Virus record (IMG/VR): IMGVR_UViG_3300010883_000001
Span: 64,001-128,000 of that record
Direction: 5' to 3' (one strand)
Source of the DNA: a virus
Length of the DNA: 64,000 nt
Below the pieces are notes generated by a model, which was given only the letters and a program-made list of their open reading frames with translations, was not told the DNA's origin and made no database searches. Position 1 is the first letter of the stretch. Each line of letters starts with the position of its first letter. Made by a program: the position numbers and the translations under genes. Positions 26,993-36,224 of the stretch are shown in pieces.

Positions 26993-27830
26993 CGTTGATT
27001 GCGTAATATATCATGCTGACTGTACTGACGGCTTTGGGGCAGCCTACGCAGCATGGAAACTTTTAGGAAACAAGGCAGATTATTATGCGTGTAAGCATGG
27101 CTCAGTCCCACCAGATGTATCGGGTAAAAGAGTTGTAATTCTAGATTTTTCTTTTAATAATGAGATTACAAAAGCAATGATTGACACAGCGGATGGTTTG
27201 ATAGTCATTGATCATCATAAGTCGGCCATGGTAGAATTGCATGATATTACGGATGCTATATTCAATATGAGTAAATCTGGAGCCATGCTAGCATGGGAAT
27301 TTTTTCATCCGGGAAAAGAGCCACCAAAGTTTATTTCGTACATAGAGGATCGTGATCTGTGGAAGTGGGAGTTACCATATTCAAAAGAGTTCGCTGCAGC
27401 TTTTGATATGGTTCCTTTCGAGTTTGAAGAGTTTGAGAAGTTTGAAGATGACTCTGTTTTTGATGATGCTGTAAAACGAGGAAGTTACATACTGGCGTAT
27501 TCAAAAACGGTAGTTAAAAAAGTCTCTGAGAAGGCATCACCAAGAAGATTAAACGGAAAGAGCATATTGGTCGTAAATGCTTCACATTGGATGTCGGAAA
27601 TAGGCGCCAGGCTTTCTCCCGATTGTGATGTTGCAATGATCTGGTATTATGATCATATTGATAAAATGATAAAGGTTAGCTTAAGATCTTTTCATGACAC
27701 CGTTGATGTCTCCGAGGTCGCAAAGAAATTTGGCGGAGGTGGGCATAAAAAGGCTGCTGGTTTTATACTTCCTGGAGATGCTGTCGTGGATGATATTTTT
27801 GACGATGAGGTTAAGAATGAAGAAGTTTAG
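26976..27830 (+). CDS. DHH/DHHA1 phosphoesterase
   Basis: YHADCTDG, LDF, IDHH, EDRDLW, SLRS, GGGGHKKAAG. Confidence 0.9.
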   Translation: MIEPSSVDCVIYHADCTDGFGAAYAAWKLLGNKADYYACKHGSVPPDVSGKRVVILDFSFNNEITKAMIDTADGLIVIDHHKSAMVELHDITDAIFNMSKSGAMLAWEFFHPGKEPPKFISYIEDRDLWKWELPYSKEFAAAFDMVPFEFEEFEKFEDDSVFDDAVKRGSYILAYSKTVVKKVSEKASPRRLNGKSILVVNASHWMSEIGARLSPDCDVAMIWYYDHIDKMIKVSLRSFHDTVDVSEVAKKFGGGGHKKAAGFILPGDAVVDDIFDDEVKNEEV

Positions 27831-28239
27831 GCCTGGATGGGATGCGATTTGGCTTAAGTTTGCGCATCTAATATCTGAGAGAAGTTATGATGATCGGTAC
27901 AAGGTAGGTGCCATTGTAGTTTCGATCGACAATACACAGGTTCTTGCAGTGGGATATAATGGAAATTATTCTGGTGGTCCAAATGAAGCAGACTCAGCTG
28001 AACCAGGCAAATCAGGATTTATTCATGCTGAGATTAATGCATTACTTAAGTGCGACTATAATTATCACAAAGTTAAAAAACTATATGTTACACTATCACC
28101 GTGCATGATGTGTGCTAAGGCCATTATTAATGCCGGAATCTCAGAGGTGATTTATGATGATGAGTATAGAGATACGGCCGGAATTCAGCTTATGAAGGAT
28201 ACAGGAATTGTCGTTAGGAGAGTAAACAATTATTCTTGA
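27817..28239 (+). CDS. dCMP deaminase
   Basis: VGA, GYNG, HAEINA, PCMMC zinc motifs; start moved to MKKFRPGWD. Confidence 0.9.
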   Translation: MKKFRPGWDAIWLKFAHLISERSYDDRYKVGAIVVSIDNTQVLAVGYNGNYSGGPNEADSAEPGKSGFIHAEINALLKCDYNYHKVKKLYVTLSPCMMCAKAIINAGISEVIYDDEYRDTAGIQLMKDTGIVVRRVNNYS

Positions 28240-28311
28240 CATACTTCTGAATCAGTTTTTACTATAAAAAAATAATTTCTATATTTTCTTTTAGTCCTCC
28301 TGTGAAATAAG

Positions 28312-28319
28312 TATAAATA
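28312..28319 (+). promoter_or_regulatory. Possible T4-type late promoter TATAAATA
   Basis: Exact octamer 23 nt upstream of the first gene of the acidic-protein block; AT-rich context lowers specificity. Confidence 0.3.
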
Positions 28320-28342
28320 GCCCAGTATTTTATGGATGTTTT

Positions 28343-30646
28343 ATGAGTAGTATAAAAAACGGTTTATTTAGAGAGTTTGATTTAGAGTATATCATCGAGA
28401 CTAGCCTAAAGTTACGTAGGCTAAGTGATAGCTCAATTATTCTCGAGAACGCGCTAGCCAACAACGATATTAGTGCATTGTTAATGGAGGAGCTAGAAAG
28501 TAAAGACATAGAAAAGCTGAGAAAAACTACTAAGGAAACAAAAAAGGCAGTTGAGCAGATACAGGCTGCCATAGGTGATAAATTACCTAGCCTTAAAGAT
28601 CCACTAGATAGTCTACACGATGCAATAACTGATTCCCTAAAGTTCGTATCAGAGCTTGATTTAGAAAATCCTGAAGGTATGATGGCAAATATTGGGAGAT
28701 TTTTTGGATCTAAGGTTGATATTGCATCTTCATTTCAAGCAGTTTTACAAATACAGACAAAAACAAAACAGATAGCAGATTCTTTAGAGCAAGCAATTCC
28801 TTTAATATTGAAAAATATTGAAGACCTTATTGATGAGACTCAGCAGGATGTTCCTTTAAGTGAGTTAGCTGGAACAGGTGATATTCCGGATGCTAATAAA
28901 ATTAAAGGAGGTGTTCAAAAGGCGTTTAAGGCCGGCGGCGGCGGGTTCTTGGGGAAACTTACCGGGTTTTTGAGAAAAGCAGCAGGTAAATCAAAGCTCT
29001 TAGCCGGTGTAGTTGATCCGGATTTCGATGAGGTCGCTGATGATTTCATGTTACTTTCAATTATACAAATGAAAGAGTTAGAAACGGCCTTAGGTACAGC
29101 TGCAGATGTTGAGATGTTAGATAAGGCTACAACTGAAGATCTTGCCAAGGCAGAGCCTGAAGATTACCAAGCCGTAGCCGCTGATCAAAGCGGATCCGGC
29201 GCAGCACCTGAAAATCCTGATAAGGCTGAGCCTAGACCTGATTTTACGCTTGAAGACTTAATGGCACTATTACAAAAAATGAACCCGCCAGCAGCCAAGG
29301 AGCTGGAGGCGATGCCTGAAGAAGAGCAGGAGGCCGTCGCGGCAGATGACGTAGAGGAGATAGTTGCGGGTGAGGTCAGCCCGGAGGATGCTGCAGAAGA
29401 GGTGTCCGAAGAGGCTGAAGAAGCTGCAGATGCACCAAAGTGGTCAGAGATAGCTAATTCGTTCTTAGATGATCTTAAGTCTAAAGGATTATCCGACAAA
29501 GGCGAAGAGTTTATTAAGAGTTATATGACCGACATTATAAACCAACCTGATTTTGAAGAGGCCGTAGGTGCGTCCCTTAAGTTGAAAGAGTCATTATTTA
29601 TAGGCAGTATTTCTTCATTTTTATTTGAAGAAATAGAATATAAAGATTTAGAAAAGGCATCAAAGGACTCAGCTGAATTTTCATCAGATGAGCAGGCTGC
29701 AGCTGTTACTTCACATCTAGCCACCATGATGTCTGATGCCGGCGTAGCAGTTGCCGGCGACCCTGGTGTAGAATTAACTGATGATATCATTGCAGGAATT
29801 GGCATTGCCGAAGAAGAGATTCCAAAACCAGAAGTAGGCGAAATTTATAATTTCACTACAGGGAAAAACAAAAAGACTTTTGTAAAGATCAACAGCGAAC
29901 CAGATGGAGAATGGGTAAGTGCATCTACAGCTGATGGGAAAGGCTCTTTCAAAAAAGCAAAATTTAATGTAAAGATTACGAGACTTGGCGAAAAGACAAC
30001 CGCTGAAGAAGCGGGGATTAGTGAAAAAGAAGGAGGGGAAGACATGCCAGAAGATCCAGAAGTTGAAAGCTCACCAGAAGAAGAGATTAAAGCGGCGCCT
30101 CAGGATGTACCTCCGGGCGTAGCAATTGGCACGGCATTAGAAGATTGGGAACAGTCACTATCTAAGAGTAGCCAAGAGACCATTAACAGAAAAAATAGGT
30201 TTCAAGCATTAAAAGACGTTATTAACTCCAGTTTAGAGGGAGCAGCACAACGTACTGCCAAGCATGTTAAGACGGCTATTAAAAAGTGGCGTGCTGAACA
30301 TGAGGAGACGCTAATAACATCAAAGAGATTTGCGAAGAAGAATTTTGATACACTATCAGAATTAATTCCCCAGCTGGTCGCAGTGATAATGGCAAAAAAG
30401 ACAGAATCTGCAGGAAATCTAATGACTATAGGAAGCATCCATAGAACAGTTTATAAACATCTGAATAAGAGATTTTATGGAACGAGATATTTATTATCGG
30501 AGATATTGGTTTCTAACGATGCCAGATCTAGCAGTATCAAATCTAATGATGTTAGTAGTACTCGACCTACCGGTAATTTTGATCTTACAAATTCAGATAG
30601 TGATGATTCTACCATGGCTAGGTGGAGAGAATTAGCCGGATTATGA
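28343..30646 (+). CDS. Large acidic protein, probable internal head/core protein
   Basis: 767 aa, Glu/Ala rich; C-terminal MARWRELAGL motif shared with 50714..51847. Confidence 0.6.
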   Translation: MSSIKNGLFREFDLEYIIETSLKLRRLSDSSIILENALANNDISALLMEELESKDIEKLRKTTKETKKAVEQIQAAIGDKLPSLKDPLDSLHDAITDSLKFVSELDLENPEGMMANIGRFFGSKVDIASSFQAVLQIQTKTKQIADSLEQAIPLILKNIEDLIDETQQDVPLSELAGTGDIPDANKIKGGVQKAFKAGGGGFLGKLTGFLRKAAGKSKLLAGVVDPDFDEVADDFMLLSIIQMKELETALGTAADVEMLDKATTEDLAKAEPEDYQAVAADQSGSGAAPENPDKAEPRPDFTLEDLMALLQKMNPPAAKELEAMPEEEQEAVAADDVEEIVAGEVSPEDAAEEVSEEAEEAADAPKWSEIANSFLDDLKSKGLSDKGEEFIKSYMTDIINQPDFEEAVGASLKLKESLFIGSISSFLFEEIEYKDLEKASKDSAEFSSDEQAAAVTSHLATMMSDAGVAVAGDPGVELTDDIIAGIGIAEEEIPKPEVGEIYNFTTGKNKKTFVKINSEPDGEWVSASTADGKGSFKKAKFNVKITRLGEKTTAEEAGISEKEGGEDMPEDPEVESSPEEEIKAAPQDVPPGVAIGTALEDWEQSLSKSSQETINRKNRFQALKDVINSSLEGAAQRTAKHVKTAIKKWRAEHEETLITSKRFAKKNFDTLSELIPQLVAVIMAKKTESAGNLMTIGSIHRTVYKHLNKRFYGTRYLLSEILVSNDARSSSIKSNDVSSTRPTGNFDLTNSDSDDSTMARWRELAGL

Positions 30647-30656
30647 GGTATAATAA

Positions 30657-30998
30657 ATGAAAATCTCAGAGATAGATCTTACTAGAAAAAACAAGGTAAT
30701 TCTGCGTAAAGGATTAAAGATCGTACATTCACCTACCGGGTTGGAATATACTGTACTTGATGTATTTAAAGATTCATCAGGAAAAGTAAAAATTAAGCTA
30801 GCTCCCCCAGAACAACCTAGGGTAGAGCCGATCACATCTACTACGGTGATGCAAGAAGTTGAGCTAGTAAATAATACCCAAGACGATCAGACAATACACA
30901 CCACGCCTGAAGATACTGCCGAAGAAGTCATAGATCTGGAGGACGAGGACGTCCTTGTTTTAGATCAAGGAGAATTGAAAGATTATGAGGTTAGATAA
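30657..30998 (+). CDS. Hypothetical protein
   Basis: RBS GAGG; acidic C-terminus. Confidence 0.7.
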   Translation: MKISEIDLTRKNKVILRKGLKIVHSPTGLEYTVLDVFKDSSGKVKIKLAPPEQPRVEPITSTTVMQEVELVNNTQDDQTIHTTPEDTAEEVIDLEDEDVLVLDQGELKDYEVR

Positions 30999-31690
30999 TG
31001 TCTGATGTTATAAAAAGAGAAGTTGTCGCAGCGATAAGGGCCGTTATTAATAAAGACGATGACGTAAGTCAAGTCTCTGAGTCATATGTAGTTCAACCTA
31101 GGAAATATGCTTTATCAACAGAGAAGATTGGCGAAAAAACAAAGGGTATGATGATAAAGAGATTTGAGGAAGCTGTTGCAAACCTAAACACAGTTTCAGC
31201 GAAGCTTGACACAGCTAATAAAGAAGCTGCTGGAGAGTTTCACTCTGATTTTCGCTCATTAAAATTTGATGAGTCATCGTTACTATCTAGATCTTTTTTG
31301 ACAGCTATGACCCTGGAGAACATAAGCGACTTAGATTCTAAAATAACGATGGATTCTCTTCCTTTTTTACGTTTAGATAGGGATTTTCAATCTTTTGACA
31401 ATTGGCAAAGAGATTTTATTGCGTGTGGGAAATGTATAACGGATGGGTTTGTTGCATGCGGATTAAACGTTTATTTAAAGAAATACACAAACATAATCTG
31501 CGCCGGCCCAACATTCTCAGTTCCAGTTGGGTTTATGCCTATACTGGTTTTGGCAATTGATCCAATAGTAATATCAAGAAATTTTTCTGCAGATAATTCG
31601 CAGTTTATTGCATCAATGATGAAAGAGATAGATTGGGATAAGGTCTCTGATAGAATTAAGAAGTCAGAAAAGTTTTTAAAGATTTTGTGA
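30998..31690 (+). CDS. Fe/Mn superoxide dismutase-fold protein lacking metal ligands
   Basis: VANLN, LENI, LDRDFQSFDNWQRDF, PILVL and IDWDKVSDR align to Fe/MnSOD; the DVWEHAYY position reads AIDPIVIS. Confidence 0.65.
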   Translation: MSDVIKREVVAAIRAVINKDDDVSQVSESYVVQPRKYALSTEKIGEKTKGMMIKRFEEAVANLNTVSAKLDTANKEAAGEFHSDFRSLKFDESSLLSRSFLTAMTLENISDLDSKITMDSLPFLRLDRDFQSFDNWQRDFIACGKCITDGFVACGLNVYLKKYTNIICAGPTFSVPVGFMPILVLAIDPIVISRNFSADNSQFIASMMKEIDWDKVSDRIKKSEKFLKIL

Positions 31691-31697
31691 GGAAACA

Positions 31698-32468
31698 ATG
31701 ATAAACATACAGTTCTTGAATTCTGTTAGGAATTTAATTAGAGAAGGATTATTGGGCAATGGTTCTCGTGATTTATTTCAAATTACTAGATTAATATCAG
31801 AGATTAAAGAAGGATCTTTGGGAGAACATTATATTTTAGAAGAGGCAAGTAATGACGTCTTAGCCATGCTTAAGGGTGCATCTTCAAACAGTAATATGAT
31901 TATCGTTTTAGAGGGTGAAGAAGAAGATATTTTTGGCGGCGGTGATGACGAAGAAGACGCTGGCGAAGAAGACGCTGACGAAGAAGACGCTGACGAAGAA
32001 GGTGCCGATGAGGAAGGTGCCGATGAGGAAGGTACCGATGAGGAAGAGAAAGAAGAAGAGCCGACCGGTCCCGTAGATACAATGTTCGATGCAGCAATAT
32101 CTGATTTGTATACAGAGTTTGAAGGAAGAGCCATTGATACTGCCTCTGAGGAGAAAGTTGCATATGAAAATAGAGATTATTCAATTTCTCGTATACTGAC
32201 AGAAGAGGAGCAATTGTTCGACGTTCGTGTTTTTGCTAGGGAGGTCGCAAATTTAATTAACAATTATGAACATTTATTAGACGTGGAGTATTTACTCTAT
32301 AAAAAAGCTGTAGATTTCATAGAGAAAAAATATGGCCAAATAGTTTCAAATGATTTTATAGATACCCTAAAGAGCGATTATAGTTTATCATTCAGCGACG
32401 AGCCGGCCGAAGTTGCAACTCCAGATGCGCAGCAAAAATATGCGATAGGAGCCATGGCCGCGGAGTAA
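31698..32468 (+). CDS. Acidic hypothetical protein with DEExA repeats
   Basis: RBS GAGG; VRNLIRE motif. Confidence 0.7.
   Translation: MINIQFLNSVRNLIREGLLGNGSRDLFQITRLISEIKEGSLGEHYILEEASNDVLAMLKGASSNSNMIIVLEGEEEDIFGGGDDEEDAGEEDADEEDADEEGADEEGADEEGTDEEEKEEEPTGPVDTMFDAAISDLYTEFEGRAIDTASEEKVAYENRDYSISRILTEEEQLFDVRVFAREVANLINNYEHLLDVEYLLYKKAVDFIEKKYGQIVSNDFIDTLKSDYSLSFSDEPAEVATPDAQQKYAIGAMAAE
31947..32048 (+). repeat. 15-bp tandem repeat (6+ units) encoding DEEDA/DEEGA
   Basis: gacgaagaagacgct / gatgaggaaggtgcc units. Confidence 0.85.
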
Positions 32469-32475
32469 TATCACG

Positions 32476-32745
32476 ATGAGCCTTTATGATTTCGAGACAA
32501 GAAAATCAATTCATATAAACTTAACAAAATCAACACATTCTGAGCTTAGGGTTATGCTGATAAAGCGAGGTCTTTCTATGCAAGAAGTCTTTGATTCTTT
32601 TGCTGGAAAACTATGCTCAGGTGACGATAGGTTATCTTTCATATTGGATGAAATAGAAAGAGAAAAAAGAGAGAAGGTAATAAAGAGAGTTTCAAAATCA
32701 GATGAAGAGTCAGTTTATAGATTAATAGAGGAGGATAATTCTTAA
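32476..32745 (+). CDS. Ribbon-helix-helix DNA-binding protein
   Basis: RKSIHINL beta-ribbon, THSELRVML helix, GLSMQEVF helix. Confidence 0.65.
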   Translation: MSLYDFETRKSIHINLTKSTHSELRVMLIKRGLSMQEVFDSFAGKLCSGDDRLSFILDEIEREKREKVIKRVSKSDEESVYRLIEEDNS

Positions 32746-33017
32746 TGTGGCCTTTTAGTAAATCAGCGAAAAATAAGAAAATAAAGATTTTGACAAAAAG
32801 AATTGAAGAGCTTGAGCTTGAGCTTGATAGACTTTCAAAGTTATCTGACATTATTTCATTAGCACAGCATTCATTGGGCGAAGACATGCTTTCAATTATT
32901 GCCGTATTGAACGCCGCAGGTGTCCAAGCCGCGAGTGATTATTCAGATCCGGATGATGATGAAGAAGAGGATAAAATTGCAGTTTCGGCTGATGACGATG
33001 ATACTTATTTAAACTAG
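32745..33017 (+). CDS. Hypothetical coiled-coil protein
   Basis: TAATG coupling. Confidence 0.6.
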   Translation: MWPFSKSAKNKKIKILTKRIEELELELDRLSKLSDIISLAQHSLGEDMLSIIAVLNAAGVQAASDYSDPDDDEEEDKIAVSADDDDTYLN

Positions 33018-33045
33018 AGTAGAGTAGAGAATTAATTTTCTATAT

Positions 33046-33261
33046 ATGGAGAATATTATGGTTGAGCAGATGAAAGCTTTCGCAGATAGACATGTTGAGA
33101 GATTTGTATCAAGAAAATTTTTAGCGTGGCTAACTGCAACTGGATTATGTGCATATGGGACCGTTACTAGTGATAATTGGACAGCAATAACATTAGCGTA
33201 TATTGGAACACAGGCGCTGGTTGATATGGCTGTACGTTGGAAGCATGGTCCAAGAGATTAA
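33046..33261 (+). CDS. Putative holin
   Basis: Small; SRKF motif followed by two hydrophobic segments; basic C-terminus. Confidence 0.55.
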   Translation: MENIMVEQMKAFADRHVERFVSRKFLAWLTATGLCAYGTVTSDNWTAITLAYIGTQALVDMAVRWKHGPRD

Positions 33262-33263
33262 TA

Positions 33264-33665
33264 ATGTCGTGGTTAGCTATTAAATTATTTTTTATGAAGT
33301 CGTGGGCTATTTTTAAAAAATATTGGCAAATATTTTTTGGAGTTTCGATATCCGTGCTTTTTTATATTTTTACTAGGGATTCATCAAAGATGGGAACGGT
33401 ACTCGGGGATGCACATAATTCCCATAAAAAGCAAATGGCTAAAATAGACGAAATAAAGAGTAAAGAGCAAAAAAAAATAGATGTCGTCATTGATTTACAC
33501 AATGAAAATATTGAAAAAATAGAATTAGAGCACTCTAAAAAAGTCGATAAAATATCTGAAGACAAAGAAAAAAGAAAAGAAGAACTAGGCGAGTTGGGTG
33601 ATTCAACTGTTACGGATCTAATATCTGATGCTTTAGATATTTCGAATTTAGATGATGAGAAGTAG
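33264..33665 (+). CDS. Membrane-anchored coiled-coil protein (i-spanin-like)
   Basis: N-terminal TM (WQIFFGVSISVLFYIF), then a charged helix; follows the holin. Confidence 0.45.
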   Translation: MSWLAIKLFFMKSWAIFKKYWQIFFGVSISVLFYIFTRDSSKMGTVLGDAHNSHKKQMAKIDEIKSKEQKKIDVVIDLHNENIEKIELEHSKKVDKISEDKEKRKEELGELGDSTVTDLISDALDISNLDDEK

Positions 33666-34113
33666 GGTGAAGTTTTTATCTATTGTTATATCATTTTTAA
33701 TGATACTGAGTCCTGCATATGCACAGCTAGAGGGTGCAAAAACCGTAACGGCCGGTGATATATGCCCATATTCCGGAACGTTACTGACGTCAACTGCAGC
33801 AGCAAAGTTGATTATAACGTTAGAGACAAATAAAGAGCTTTGCAACGCCCGGGCAGAAAAAGAGCTGGACTTATTACAGGAAAGATTGACGCTTAAAATA
33901 GAAATATTAAGTGTGCGTTTAAATTCTTCAAAAGAACAATATGATAGTATAGTAAAGCTTAAGGACGAACAAATACAAGGTCTTCATTCACATATTAAAG
34001 ACATTGAAGGCCATGGCCTGGGAAAAACGTTTTGGTTTTCTATGGGTGTGGTTGGTGGCGTTATTATAGTTTTGGCGTCTGCATATGCTGTGGGTGAAGT
34101 TTCAAACAGATAA
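33652..34113 (+). CDS. Secreted coiled-coil protein with C-terminal TM (spanin-like)
   Basis: Signal peptide ending AYA, coiled coil, C-terminal hydrophobic helix. Confidence 0.45.
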   Translation: MMRSRVKFLSIVISFLMILSPAYAQLEGAKTVTAGDICPYSGTLLTSTAAAKLIITLETNKELCNARAEKELDLLQERLTLKIEILSVRLNSSKEQYDSIVKLKDEQIQGLHSHIKDIEGHGLGKTFWFSMGVVGGVIIVLASAYAVGEVSNR

Positions 34114-34127
34114 TTGGTGAGTAGATT

Positions 34128-35279
34128 ATGAAAAAAAGAAAAAAGAGATTATTGGAGATAGCGCCTGAACCAGGATACAATAGGCATGGTATATATGATC
34201 GCCCTGGTCCGAATGATAATATTGAAGATGAAGATATTTTACAAAATGGACCGATAGAACCGGTGCCACAAATGGCTACACAACTATCTGGTGAGAAACC
34301 TCCTATTGAAGATCCCGATTTTATTCCTTCAAATCCAGATGAATTATCTAGAGCTGCATCACTAATTGCAAAGAAGGTCCCAAAAGGAAAGATCAAGAAA
34401 TTTTATTCTTCACTTATGGATAGTCTGGATAGTGTACTTAATTTGGACGATGTTGGTGAAGAAGAAAAAGATGATCTAAGATTTGAAGAATCAAAGAATC
34501 CCTATATTGGAAATTTAGTTGATTTATTATTCGAGAATATTGATGATTTACCACACTCATACAGTCCATCGGGTAAAGGTGATCCGTCCGGATTAAAAAA
34601 TATTGCCCGTGAATTTGGGTTATCGGTTTCCGGTGCAAATATTCTTGTTAGAAGAATAGTCGAAAAACTTAAGACCGTGATGGGCGTTTCTGACGATGAA
34701 ATTTCTGATGCTGAAGAATTAGCCGCAAAAATGTTCAGAGATGTTATAGAACAAAAAATAATTCCAAGAGAAGAGAAGACTCCAGGGGTATTGTCTCATA
34801 CTTTTGATATTTCTGCTGATGAGTTTGCATTAATAGCAAAGAATCCACTAGATTCAGATATTTTTAATAGTTTCTTTGCTATTTCCTATATCGCTCCAGC
34901 ATATAAAAAGTTGATGAACAAGAGAACAAAAAATGCTAGAGAGCTTTATATTGAATTAGGATATCCAAGGGGCGCATTTAATATGATAGTTAGTCAACTC
35001 AGGGGCTTAACTGGCTCAGATCCTCGCGCGCTGAGAAGTAAATTTGAGAAAGCTGCTATAGATTCATTTGCTCAAACAAATCCAGAATTAAAAGGCATGG
35101 AAGAGAAGGAAGAGGCAGCGAGAAATATATATTCAAGATTAATATCTGATATGCCTGAGATAAGAGGAAAATTAATACCAGCGTCGGGCGAATTTTTATC
35201 GATGATAAACATAGTATCACCGGTGAGTCTTGAGGATGGTTTAAGATCTTTAATAGATTCTATAGAGGAGTCGCTATAG
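34128..35279 (+). CDS. Hypothetical protein with internal HTH
   Basis: LKNIAREFGLSVSGANIL HTH-like segment. Confidence 0.6.
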   Translation: MKKRKKRLLEIAPEPGYNRHGIYDRPGPNDNIEDEDILQNGPIEPVPQMATQLSGEKPPIEDPDFIPSNPDELSRAASLIAKKVPKGKIKKFYSSLMDSLDSVLNLDDVGEEEKDDLRFEESKNPYIGNLVDLLFENIDDLPHSYSPSGKGDPSGLKNIAREFGLSVSGANILVRRIVEKLKTVMGVSDDEISDAEELAAKMFRDVIEQKIIPREEKTPGVLSHTFDISADEFALIAKNPLDSDIFNSFFAISYIAPAYKKLMNKRTKNARELYIELGYPRGAFNMIVSQLRGLTGSDPRALRSKFEKAAIDSFAQTNPELKGMEEKEEAARNIYSRLISDMPEIRGKLIPASGEFLSMINIVSPVSLEDGLRSLIDSIEESL

Positions 35280-35292
35280 GCAGAGTCGTTTT

Positions 35293-35697
35293 ATGAAGAA
35301 AAATCAAAAATTATCATTATTGATGTCGGATTATCTAGATGAACAATTACCCTCGGCAACGAAAAAAGTTTCTGAATATGCGGAGTATATTGGGAGTCTA
35401 GTAACGGAGGCATCTTCCATGCCTATTTCACCAAAGAAGATACTGTGGTCTGTTGATGAAAATACCGGCGAGCTGACTAGGGTTTTTAAGTTTGGACAAC
35501 ACGAGCAATATATTACATTTGCATCTGATGTGTTAGAATTTGAGGCTGGATTTAAGCATTATGCTGATATTAGCATGAGATATCCAACTATAGAGATACG
35601 GTTAATAACACGTGAAAGAGTGACAATAACAGACATGGATATAGAATACTCTAGGGTTGTTTCATCTATTTTTGAAGAAGTAATGTCTAATGAATGA
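35293..35697 (+). CDS. Pterin-4a-carbinolamine dehydratase (PCD/DCoH)-fold protein, degenerate
   Basis: W...LTRVFKF...F...E...HYADI...Y..IEIRLIT....ITDMD pattern; canonical HHPD and TH are altered. Confidence 0.6.
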   Translation: MKKNQKLSLLMSDYLDEQLPSATKKVSEYAEYIGSLVTEASSMPISPKKILWSVDENTGELTRVFKFGQHEQYITFASDVLEFEAGFKHYADISMRYPTIEIRLITRERVTITDMDIEYSRVVSSIFEEVMSNE

Positions 35698-36046
35698 TTT
35701 CGAAAAAGAGAGCATCATACTGAGTGATGGTCTTGAAGAAAGAATAAAGGACACGGTTCTTGTTGATGAGATAATATCTAATAATTCATCTAGAAAAATT
35801 ACGTTTGTATCAAAACAAGGCGATATATCTGGCGATATAACCCATTTTATGTATGATGATAAGATAGTTAAGATTGATGGTGTTTTTCGAAAACAACAGT
35901 TTAAGAATATCGTGACAAACATAGAAGAGGCGACGGTATCATTATTTAATAGATCTAGAACATTTAAAGTAGGAAATCCGTCAATAAGATACTCTGTTGC
36001 CGGTGAAGATATTAATATTAGCGTCGTTTTTATAGACGTTTCATAA
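35690..36046 (+). CDS. Hypothetical protein
   Basis: Coupled ORF. Confidence 0.6.
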   Translation: MNDFEKESIILSDGLEERIKDTVLVDEIISNNSSRKITFVSKQGDISGDITHFMYDDKIVKIDGVFRKQQFKNIVTNIEEATVSLFNRSRTFKVGNPSIRYSVAGEDINISVVFIDVS

Positions 36047-36056
36047 AGGTTTTAAA

Positions 36057-36224
36057 ATGAAAAAATTTACTTTTGATAAATTTATAAAGGCTCTAGAGAG
36101 AGATAGGACAAAGAAGGTACAAAAAGATGAAGAGAAAAAAAGGGCTGATGATGAAAACCCAACGCGACGGTTGGTTAACAAGCAAAAAGAGCATATAAAG
36201 AATCGTTTTTTCTGGAGAAGATAA
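36057..36224 (+). CDS. Small basic protein (55 aa, not in ORF track)
   Basis: MKKFTFDKFIKALERD...FFWRR; fills the gap; TAATG-coupled to the next gene. Confidence 0.6.
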   Translation: MKKFTFDKFIKALERDRTKKVQKDEEKKRADDENPTRRLVNKQKEHIKNRFFWRR

